From: an uncultured Saprospiraceae bacterium
GTDB lineage: Bacteria > Bacteroidota > Bacteroidia > Chitinophagales > Saprospiraceae
Direction: 5' to 3'
Length of the DNA: 64,000 bases
NCBI GenBank assembly: GCA_937951615.1
Contig: CALFBH010000004.1
Location: forward strand, 63,228-127,227
The number at the start of each line of letters is the position of its first letter. The first letter of the stretch is position 1. Position numbers and translations under genes: made by a program. Below the pieces are notes generated by a model, which had not been told where the DNA came from, made no database searches, and was given only the letters and a program-made list of their open reading frames with translations. Of the stretch, positions 8,920-17,800 are shown in pieces.

Positions 8920-11649
8920 ATGAATTCATACCTGACATATTGCAAAGAAAATGGCAGAATAGCCAGAGAGATAGAAGGCAACCTGCGTTCGGCAGGAGCA
9001 GAATTTACGCATGACACACGCGATGAAACCGAACAAAGTCGGCTCAAGCGGGAAATGCGATTAAATCAAAATCCGGTTTTTCTCTTGATTAGCGATAATT
9101 TCCTGAAATCGGCAGAATGCATGCGCGGAGCATTGTCTTTTATTACTGACATGGGAATTGCCAAAAACATTTGCCCGATAATCGTGGATGGTGTGGAAGC
9201 AGATGAGACGACTTATGCGACCAAGATAAAAAAAGCTCAAAAGTATATCGACTATTGGGAGGAAGAATATAAGGAATTGCGCGCTCGAAAGGGCAATATT
9301 TCTCCACAAGAAAAAGAGACCTACAACTGGCGTGTAATGATTGTCAGGCGAATTTCTAATGAAATTGGCACTTTCATGAAGGAGTTAAAAAAACTCAATC
9401 CGGTTCCCTATAAAGATTTTAAAGCGGATAATTTTAAATCCTTTTTTGCTGCACACGGGCTGGCTGATAGTTCTGCTCACCAGAGCTTCACTTCTGTTCC
9501 TACAGAGACCATAATTGTCGAAGAAAAAAAGACCAGTTTTATTCCGCCCATTATTCCTGTAAAAAACCCTTTTGGTAAAAAAACAGACGATATACTAGAA
9601 CTTACACTTGATGGTGATACTACAGAAACGCTTGAAGAAGTTGTAACAGAACAGGCAGCAGAAATTTTGCCAGATGTCCCCGAAGTGGAAGTTCCTGAAA
9701 CGGTAAGCGAAGTACAAGAAAGCATCACAGAAAAAGTGGAGGAGGTCTTGCCCGAAGTTCCCGAAGTCGAAATTCCTGAAACCGTGGCAGAAAAAGTAGA
9801 GGAAGTCTTGCCGGAAGTTCCTGAACCTACAGTTGAGGTAGACGCACAACTTGAGGCTATTGCGGAAGAAGTGAAAACACCTGAAGTAGAAATAGAAACA
9901 CCGACTCTCGAATTTGAAGAAAGCATCACTACAGAAGATGAATTAAAAACTGCCCTTCCTGACGCACTTGAATTTGAAGCGGGTGTTGCACCACCAGTTG
10001 TAGAGGAACTTAGAGTTGAAGACCTCATAGAACAGGAGGAAATCATCATGGAAAATAGTATTCAGGCAGCTCCTGTTCTCGAAGAGAAAGGCAAATTAAG
10101 TTGGCAGGATGCTTATGATGCTGAGGATCGAGGGGAGTATGACTTGGCGCGTGCGCATTATGAAACCTTGTTGGAAAAAACGCCTTATCATGCGGACGGG
10201 CATTTTCATTATGGGATGCTGTTGCTGGAAAAATTTGGGGATAAAGAAGGTGCAAGAAGCCATTTTGAAACTACGGTCAATCAGAAAAGCAAACATACTG
10301 AAGGCTGGGTACAACTGGCTAGACTAGCTGAGCAGGATGAAGATTATCTATTGGCGAAAAGCTATTATGAAAAAGTAGTTGGGCTAGATGCAGAGCATGC
10401 TGATGCGCACTATCGGCTGGGCAATCTTGTTTCCCGTTATTTTGATGATCAGCCGGAAACTGCTGCTGATTATTATAAAAAGACGCTTGAACTCGCGCCC
10501 GACCATGCCGATGCTCATTACGAATATGCTGCCTTATTGAGCGAGCATTTTGAATCTTATGATGAAGCGCGTAAACAATTGGAACAAGTCATCGAGATTA
10601 ATCCAGACCATCCTTTTGCTTATTATGACCTAGCGAAACTGTACCAAAGAAAAGGCAAAAAGAAAACAGCTTATTCTTATTATAAAAAAGCCGTAAAAAC
10701 GAATAGCATTTTCAAAACGGACACCAATGATAAGTTCTTTAAAAAGCCTAAAAAGAAGAAGAAAAAGAAAAAAGCAAATAAGAAGAAGTATAAAGAGTTA
10801 TTGGAAATCCACCATATAGAGCCGGTTTTCCAGCCTGTCGTCGAAGATGTTCAGGAGGAAGAAATCATAGACGAAACGCCAAAGGAATTGATCCTCATCA
10901 CTGGTGCAACCTCTGGAATCGGGGAAGCAACGGCGAGGTTATTTGCCAAAAAAGGACATAATATCATTATTACAGGCAGGCGGCAAGAACGCTTAGAAGA
11001 TTTGCAAAACAATTTGCAAGAAGCCCATGAGGTGCAGGTTCAAACGCTTGCTTTTGATGTCCGCAATCCAAGTGCAGTCGAAAAAGCAATAGACTCACTG
11101 GATGAAGACTGGAAAAATGTAGATATTTTGGTCAATAATGCCGGACTAGCGAAAGGCTTCTCCCCTATCCACGAAGGCTCGCTAGAAGACTGGGAAACGA
11201 TGATCGACACCAATATCAAAGGGCTACTCTATATGACTCGCGCTGTATCGCCGGGCATGGTCGGTCGTGGTGTTGGGCATATTATCAATGTCGGCTCTAG
11301 TGCAGGCAAAGAAGTGTATCCGAATGGCAATGTCTATTGTGGCACCAAACATGCTGTGGAAGCCCTCACACAAGGGATGCGCATGGACTTGGTGAAACAT
11401 GGCTTGCGAGTCAGTTCGGTATCGCCCGGACATGTAGAAACCGAATTTGCTTTAGTCCGTTTTGACGGCAATGAAGAAAGAGCGGATAAAGCCTACGAAG
11501 ATTTCAGTCCGCTGACAGCAGAAGATGTAGCAGAGGTGATTTATTTCATCGTTACTCGCCCAGATCATGTCAATATCCAGGATGTGGCTATGTTTTCAAA
11601 ACAACAAGCTTCTAACATGGTGATTGACCGGAGTGGGAAGGTGGAGTGA
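8920..11649 (+). CDS. Multidomain fusion: TIR-like N-terminus, acidic PE-rich repeats, TPR repeats, poly-Lys linker and a C-terminal classical short-chain dehydrogenase (YdfG-like)
   Basis: The N-terminus SYLTYCKENGRIAREIEGNLRSAG...PVFLLISDNFLKSAECMRGAL resembles the TIR betaA/alphaA and S-x-x-C/E motifs. There are several A/Y-rich TPR-like units (..AHYETLLEKTPYHADGHFHYG..). The SDR part has ITGATSGIGEATA, NNAG and YCGTKHAVEAL. Confidence 0.8.
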   Translation: MNSYLTYCKENGRIAREIEGNLRSAGAEFTHDTRDETEQSRLKREMRLNQNPVFLLISDNFLKSAECMRGALSFITDMGIAKNICPIIVDGVEADETTYATKIKKAQKYIDYWEEEYKELRARKGNISPQEKETYNWRVMIVRRISNEIGTFMKELKKLNPVPYKDFKADNFKSFFAAHGLADSSAHQSFTSVPTETIIVEEKKTSFIPPIIPVKNPFGKKTDDILELTLDGDTTETLEEVVTEQAAEILPDVPEVEVPETVSEVQESITEKVEEVLPEVPEVEIPETVAEKVEEVLPEVPEPTVEVDAQLEAIAEEVKTPEVEIETPTLEFEESITTEDELKTALPDALEFEAGVAPPVVEELRVEDLIEQEEIIMENSIQAAPVLEEKGKLSWQDAYDAEDRGEYDLARAHYETLLEKTPYHADGHFHYGMLLLEKFGDKEGARSHFETTVNQKSKHTEGWVQLARLAEQDEDYLLAKSYYEKVVGLDAEHADAHYRLGNLVSRYFDDQPETAADYYKKTLELAPDHADAHYEYAALLSEHFESYDEARKQLEQVIEINPDHPFAYYDLAKLYQRKGKKKTAYSYYKKAVKTNSIFKTDTNDKFFKKPKKKKKKKKANKKKYKELLEIHHIEPVFQPVVEDVQEEEIIDETPKELILITGATSGIGEATARLFAKKGHNIIITGRRQERLEDLQNNLQEAHEVQVQTLAFDVRNPSAVEKAIDSLDEDWKNVDILVNNAGLAKGFSPIHEGSLEDWETMIDTNIKGLLYMTRAVSPGMVGRGVGHIINVGSSAGKEVYPNGNVYCGTKHAVEALTQGMRMDLVKHGLRVSSVSPGHVETEFALVRFDGNEERADKAYEDFSPLTAEDVAEVIYFIVTRPDHVNIQDVAMFSKQQASNMVIDRSGKVE
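9661..9828 (+). repeat. In-frame acidic tandem repeat (E-V/I-L-P-E/D-V-P-E-V-E-x-P-E-T-V), about 2.5 copies
   Basis: Units at 9661-9711, 9743-9802 and 9803-9828 share gtcttgcc[c/g]gaagttcc[c/t]gaa. Confidence 0.7.
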
Positions 11650-11902
11650 TTGGTGTATTGGTGATTCGTGATTGGTAAATTAGTTGATTAAGTTATTGCT
11701 TATTGAGTGCGTGTTGTCCTCGGTTTCGCTCGGACAAGCGAAGTATCGGTGAATACAATATCGTATAAATAAGATAAAAATCCCAGGTTGCCACGAAGTA
11801 GGCAGCCGCAGGAGAAGTCCCTCTCTGCCGAAGGATGGAGAGGCTAGGTGAGGCATATGGGTGATTGGCTATTGGTAACTGGTTGATTGGAATATTGGTA
11901 GC
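11647..11902. repeat. Complex intergenic repeat region with GGTGATTGG-type word arrays at both ends
   Basis: 11647-11689 reads tgattggtgtattggtgattcgtgattggtaaattagttgatt. 11859-11902 reads gggtgattggctattggtaactggttgattggaatattggtagc. The track ORF 11693..11956 lies inside and looks spurious. Confidence 0.6.
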
Positions 11903-11982
11903 TAAATCAGAATATTGACATTCATTCAAAGCAAAAAAACTAAGTTGCCACGACACTCTCCTGCAAAATACATATATAAAAT

Positions 11983-12021
11983 AAAAAAACGGAATTTGGA
12001 CTGTTTTAGTCTAAATCCCGC
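11983..12021 (-). terminator. Rho-independent terminator of the PUR-like gene
   Basis: Minus strand reads gcgggatttagac-taaaaca-gtccaaattccg followed by T7. The stem pairs at 11 of 12 positions, counting one G-U pair. Confidence 0.7.
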
Positions 12022-12047
12022 TTTTTAATATTTTTCAAGCGAAGTTT

Positions 12048-12494
12048 TTACCACTTCATATCATCCTCATCGACTGGCTCAGAAGGTGGTTCTGGCTCTG
12101 GGCTGTCAATGGGAGAATCTGTTTGCTCTGGAATAGCATCATCTGCTGGCGTGGTAGAAATACCTGCTGCTTCTGCGGCATCTTCAGCCGCTCTTTTGGC
12201 TTCATATTCTTCATGACGACGTGTATATTCATCATAATCATAATCAGGCATTAAGTCTGTTTTGACATGATTAATAGCCTTATTTAAGCCTGCCATGAAA
12301 CGATTGAAATCTTCTTTGTACAAAAAGATTTTGTGTCGCTCATAACCATCACCGTTGAAGCGGCGCGTGCTTTCCGTTATCGTCAGATAATAATCTTCGC
12401 CACGAGTCTGGCGTACATCAAAAAAATAGGTACGCCGTTTACCGGCACGTATTTTTTCGGAAAAAACACTTTCAAATTTTCGTCTATCGTCCAC
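12048..12494 (-). CDS. PUR-alpha-like nucleic-acid-binding protein (DUF3276 family)
   Basis: FSEKIRAGKRRTYFFDVRQTRGEDYYLTITESTRRF...HKIFLYKEDFNRF matches the DUF3276/PUR repeat pattern. Acidic C-terminal tail. Confidence 0.8.
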   Translation of the reverse strand: MDDRRKFESVFSEKIRAGKRRTYFFDVRQTRGEDYYLTITESTRRFNGDGYERHKIFLYKEDFNRFMAGLNKAINHVKTDLMPDYDYDEYTRRHEEYEAKRAAEDAAEAAGISTTPADDAIPEQTDSPIDSPEPEPPSEPVDEDDMKW

Positions 12495-12584
12495 TGCTGA
12501 AAAAGGTTTTGGGTAAAAAAATTTGATTTTTGTCTAGATATAATTTTTACAAAAATAATTAAATGAATCGCAATTTAAAAAAAA

Positions 12585-14381
12585 TCACGCTTTAATTTCC
12601 CTGACTTCTGACTTTTGTTTCTCCAACATATCAAAATAAAAGCCTTTCCTTGTCACAAGTTCTTCGTGTGTACCTGCTTCAATAATCTGCCCATCTTCGA
12701 GGACAATAATTTTATCAAACTGCAATAAAGCATAAATTCTGTGCGTGATAATGATGGCTGTTTTATCTGATAAAGCAGTGTTCAAATAGCCCAAAATAGT
12801 CTGTTCTGTCGTGGCATCTACAGCTGACAAACAATCGTCCAAAATAATGATGTCTGGCTCTTTGACCAAAGCCCTTGCAATGGAAATTCGTTGTTTTTGT
12901 CCGCCAGAAAGTGTCACTCCACGTTCGCCAACTATCGTATCAAAACCTTTACTCAAACCCATAATCTCCTGATAAACAGCAGCATATTTTGAAAATTCAA
13001 TGATTTTATCGCGTTCTATACCTGTTGTACCAAAAGACAAATTGGTCTCTACGGTATCCGAAAACAAAAAGCCATCCTGTGGTACATACCCCATCCGTTG
13101 GCGCAAAGAAGCAAGGCTATAGGTCTTAATATCCTGCCCGTCCAGCAATACTTTCCCGCCGCTCACATCGTACAGTCGCACCAGCAAATCTGCTATCGTC
13201 GTTTTGCCAGATCCTGTGCGCCCGATGATGGCCATTTTTTGTCCGGGTTTCAGTTCAAAAGAGATATTACGCAAAGCCTCAATACCTGTATCAGGATAGG
13301 TAAATCTTACATTTTGAAAACTTATTTTCCCATCGAACTGTTCGACAGAAATCGTATTTTTTTCATCTTTTATGGCTGGTTCAGTCTCCAAAAACTCATT
13401 TATCCGCTTTTGCGAGGCTGCTGCCTGTTGTACAATTGAGGCTACCCAGCCTATCGCCGTGACGGGCCAGGTCAGCATATTGACATAGATAACAAACTCT
13501 GCAATATTGCCCGGTGTAATGTTGCCTTTGATGACTTGAATACCGCCAACGTAGATGGTAATAATCGTACTCATGCCAATCAGCAAGAGCATCAAAGGAT
13601 GAAATAATGCCTGCACCCGTGCCAATTCCATGGTCTTACCTTTGTAGGATTCGCTTTCGCCTGCGAAAAAACGTCCCATTGGTCCTTCCTGTACATAAGA
13701 TTTGATGACTCGAATGCCGGAATACACTTCTTGTGCTGCGCTGTTCAATACAGAAAGTTGCTTTTGTATGGCTTCACTTTTTTTATTGATTAAATTGCTG
13801 ACATAATAGATGGAAATGGATAAAAATGGTAAAGGTAGCAAAGCATATAAAGTCAGCTCCCGACTGACACTTAGCATCGCATAAATGACCATCGCAAATA
13901 AGCCGACCAAATTGATGGCATACATGATGGCTGGACCGAGGTACATACGTACTTTTCCCACATCTTCTGTAATGCGGGCCATCAGGTCGCCTGTATTATT
14001 TTTTTTGTAAAATGCTAAATCCAGATTTTCATAATGCACAAAAATTTCATTGCGCAGGTCGTATTCAATCAGGCGGGACATCACAATAATCGTCTGCCGC
14101 ATAAAATACATAAATACGCCCATGATTAAGGCCAGCACCAAGACCGTTATTCCAAAAAACAACAAAATACCTGCGAGAGAAGCGTAAAGCTTTGCCTGTG
14201 CATCAAAGCCTGCATACATGCGATACAGGCTGATATTTTCTACCACCAAATCGAGCGCGTGGCGCACCATCCTTGGTTGTAAAATTCTGAAATAATTTTG
14301 CCCAAACACCAGCAAAGTCCCGATGATGAGATGCCATTTGTACTGAACAAAATATTTATTGAGATAAAAAAGGTACTTCAT
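12585..14381 (-). CDS. ABC exporter, fused permease plus ATPase (MsbA/multidrug type)
   Basis: Six-TM N-terminal domain. Walker A GRTGSGKTT, signature LSGGQKQR, Walker B IIILDD. The start at MKYLFY (14381) is preferred over the track start at 14420, which reaches into the repeat region. Confidence 0.9.
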   Translation of the reverse strand: MKYLFYLNKYFVQYKWHLIIGTLLVFGQNYFRILQPRMVRHALDLVVENISLYRMYAGFDAQAKLYASLAGILLFFGITVLVLALIMGVFMYFMRQTIIVMSRLIEYDLRNEIFVHYENLDLAFYKKNNTGDLMARITEDVGKVRMYLGPAIMYAINLVGLFAMVIYAMLSVSRELTLYALLPLPFLSISIYYVSNLINKKSEAIQKQLSVLNSAAQEVYSGIRVIKSYVQEGPMGRFFAGESESYKGKTMELARVQALFHPLMLLLIGMSTIITIYVGGIQVIKGNITPGNIAEFVIYVNMLTWPVTAIGWVASIVQQAAASQKRINEFLETEPAIKDEKNTISVEQFDGKISFQNVRFTYPDTGIEALRNISFELKPGQKMAIIGRTGSGKTTIADLLVRLYDVSGGKVLLDGQDIKTYSLASLRQRMGYVPQDGFLFSDTVETNLSFGTTGIERDKIIEFSKYAAVYQEIMGLSKGFDTIVGERGVTLSGGQKQRISIARALVKEPDIIILDDCLSAVDATTEQTILGYLNTALSDKTAIIITHRIYALLQFDKIIVLEDGQIIEAGTHEELVTRKGFYFDMLEKQKSEVREIKA

Positions 14382-14444
14382 AGGTTGAAACTCAAATGCA
14401 AAAAACAAACTCAAACTCAAATGTAAATTATTTTGACATTTTAT

Positions 14445-14637
14445 TTATTTTGGACTTTGGACAATGGGACATTAGGAAATTGGGGTATTCGATAAAGCTT
14501 TGATTATTAATTTTTAACAAAAAAAATACATTCTTTTTTATTTAATAAAAAATACATTCCTGATAATCAGTACTTTAAAATTTTAAACCTAATTTCCCAA
14601 TACCCTAATTCCCTTTTGTCCAAAGTCCAAATTTATT
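14445..14637. repeat. Long imperfect inverted repeat (~45-nt arms, ~95-nt spacer) in a divergent intergenic region
   Basis: Left arm is tttggactttggacaatgggacattaggaaattggggtatt. Right arm is cctaatttcccaataccctaattcccttttgtccaaagtccaaa. The outermost 16 nt of the two arms pair perfectly. The spacer holds a direct repeat aaaaaatacattcYt x2. Confidence 0.8.
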
Positions 14638-14882
14638 AGTCTTACAACAAAGTTAGACAAGATATTCTCTAATTAAACCATTTAGTAAAAAATAAATACC
14701 TAAGCAGCTATTTGTCAGTGTAATATTTTTTTACGACATTTAACTCGATAAAAGAACACACCGGATCTTTCCGGCTATTTATCACCTTAAAAATCTTAGA
14801 CCATGAAAACTAAAATCACCTTTACCCCCCCCGAAAACAATTTAACTTATTTTTAATCTGTTTATTTTCCATTTCTACAAGT

Positions 14883-17800
14883 ATGCTGACTGCCCAGACC
14901 TATGTCAATAAAGAATGGGTACAAAGCTCTGGCACACCAGATGAAGCGATTGACTGGCAGGCTTCGGTATTGGATGTCAATGGAGACATTCTGATAACGA
15001 CCAATACGACAACAGCAGGTCAGTCCACCAATATCCTGACCACTAAAGTCAGCGCAGAAGACGGCAGCATTCTTTGGGAAAAAGAGTATAATCATCCCGC
15101 CAATGACAAAGACTATGGTACTGCTATTGCCACAGACGCAGCAGGCAACGTCTATGTAGCTGGTGCTGCTAATATTCCCGGTGCAGGCTATGACTTTGTG
15201 CTGCTGAAATATGCAGATGACGGCTCTTTGCAATGGAGCAAAACCTACGATGGCATTTCTGCACAAAACGATGTACCTGTAGCTATTGCCGTGGATGGTG
15301 CAGGTAATGTATATGTAACAGGCGGCAGCCAGAACGGTACAGCACTTATTGATTACTGTACGATAAAATATGATGCAAATGGCAATCAATTATGGCTGGC
15401 TCATTACGATTATAACAGCCTCTATGACGCACCGATTGCCTTACAAATCGACCCGCAGGGCGATATTGTCGTAACGGGTGTGAGTGCTGAAAACACAAGC
15501 AACTGGGAGTCTGCTACCATAAAATACGATGCGAGTGACGGAACACAAATTGCGGAAAGCCGCATTGAGCAGTCCGCAGGCATAGCTGAGCCTGCCGATT
15601 TTACGATGGACGATAATGGCAATTTTTACATCACCGGAAAAACAAGTGCAGATGGCGTGAACTATGACATTCGCACCATAAAATTAACGGCGAACCTCGA
15701 CATCGCCTGGGTACAGGACTATGATGCAGCAGGTTTAGAAGATGCCGGCGTCAGTATAGATGTGGATGCACAGGGCAATATATTTGTCGGCGGTTACATC
15801 CACGATTCAGGCGGTACACGAAAGGCACTTGTGCTTCGCTATGACGCTGACGGCACACAAGTCTCCGATGAAACGATAAATACGAGTGCTGATACCGAAA
15901 TGACCATAGAACATATTAAGGTAGAAGAAAGTATCGTGCTGCTTACAGGCAAAATGGAGACTTCGGGCAGCAGCAAAATGTTTGCCCGCGCACAGGACAC
16001 GGACAATCAATTATTGTGGCAAAAGCAGGCATCCGGCAGTACGGAAAGCACCGGAAAAACGATTTTAATGGCTGACAATTCGCTCTCTGCGGAAGCTGAT
16101 AAAGGGGTGTTTATTACAGGAACTTCGGAAGGCAATGCGAGTATTATGACCACGACGGCCAAGTATAGCCGGTTTAATCCACCAACAGACGTCATCACAA
16201 ATAATGAAGGTGAACCTTTATATATGGACAGAATGGTGATTAGCCGTTTTCACAGAAATGCCGTCATAATAGAAAACATTGACAACAGAGACCTTACTTT
16301 TGGTCGGGCAGGTACTTTTCTGACGCCCGACGCGATAGCTATATTAAACCAAAATCTGAGTTTTGATATGAATCAGGCTTATCTCATCAAAATATTTCCA
16401 CAGTTGAGCAGTACGCTCAAATATTCGGAAAATCGGCTGGGCAGACAGGTACGTGTACCCGACTTTTGGACAAGTTTTGTGGTGGTGCTTCCACAATTTG
16501 CTACGTTGTCTCCCCTAAACCAGGTGACGGTATCACAGGCCTCGGCTGAGTTGGAACTGGTGCGGTCGGTGGTGCGGTATGCACATCCGAACCATATTAC
16601 ATCTGTCACAGGCTATGACATAGAAGCTTCAACACCTCCTAATGACCCACGCTACGAAGAACAATTATCACTCCATTATGTTCCTGGAAATCCACAAAGT
16701 TGCGATACTTGTCATATCAATATTGAGCCTGCTTGGAACGTCAGCGTAGGCAGACCAGAAATCAAGGTAGGGGTGTTTGATAGTGGTATCTACTGGAAAC
16801 ACGAAGACTTTGGATATGATGAATTTACTCCGAACAGTTCTGTGGTAAAAGGTGGTTGGTCTTTTAACACAGGAACAGTAGAGGGTCTTGACATGTTTAA
16901 TTTTCCTGATATTTCTCTTGCAGCTCAGACCGACCATGGTACCAGATGTGCTGGAATTATTGGTGCAGTTAAAGATAATGGTATAGGTATTGCAGGCATT
17001 GCGGGAGGAACAGATACCGATACACCTGGAGTATCTCTTTATGCTTTAAAAATTTTAAATTCCAACAACAATTTATTTTTTAGTCAGACAAACTTCGCTG
17101 CCGCTGCGATTATGAGTAGTTCTTTAAATAATGTGGACAGCATGGATTATGATTATGGGCTGCATATTCAAAATCATAGCTGGTCATTTAAAGGAGGTAA
17201 CGTCAGTTTTCAGCAAAATCAATTGGTCAGAGACGCAGTACATTTTGCTAATAGAATGCAGGTAATATTAGCTGCTGCCAGAGGAAATGACCTTAGTCCA
17301 AACGGAACAACAGACTTTCCTGCCTGCTATAATGATGAATGGGTGATGAATGTGGGTGGTTCTAGTGAAAATGGAAATTATTGGGACTATGCAGAATTTG
17401 GTTATAATCTTGATTTTGTAGCTCCAGCAGATTCAACTGGTGTCATTCTAAGTTTAAAATCAAGTTTGACCGGTAATGAATATGCTGAATTTAATGCGAC
17501 CTCTGCCGCTACTGCCCATGTATCTGGTGTAGCTGCACTTATGCTAAGTCATGCCAATGACTCTGCTGCTACCTATAACAACCTCGCCCCCGAAGATGTG
17601 GAATGGATATTAGAGAATACGGCAAAAGATATTTCGGATATTAATAATCTCAATATTAATCCTGGCTATGATGACTATACAGGACATGGACTTATTAATG
17701 CAGGGAAAGCTATGGAATTATTGCAATTTCCTTATGAGGTCAGACATATCAGTTCAAAGACTTCGCCTACAGACTATAATATTTTGCAAACCGCTGTCAA

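Noticed and set aside
11693-11956. 87-aa ORF in the intergenic repeat region, and similar ORFs at 23668..23916, 31779..31985, 43367..43558, 51061..51261 and 51292..51483
   Set aside because: All lie wholly within hairpin or word-repeat DNA or overlap real genes. Their composition is odd and they have no motifs. They are most likely artefacts of open frames in repeats.
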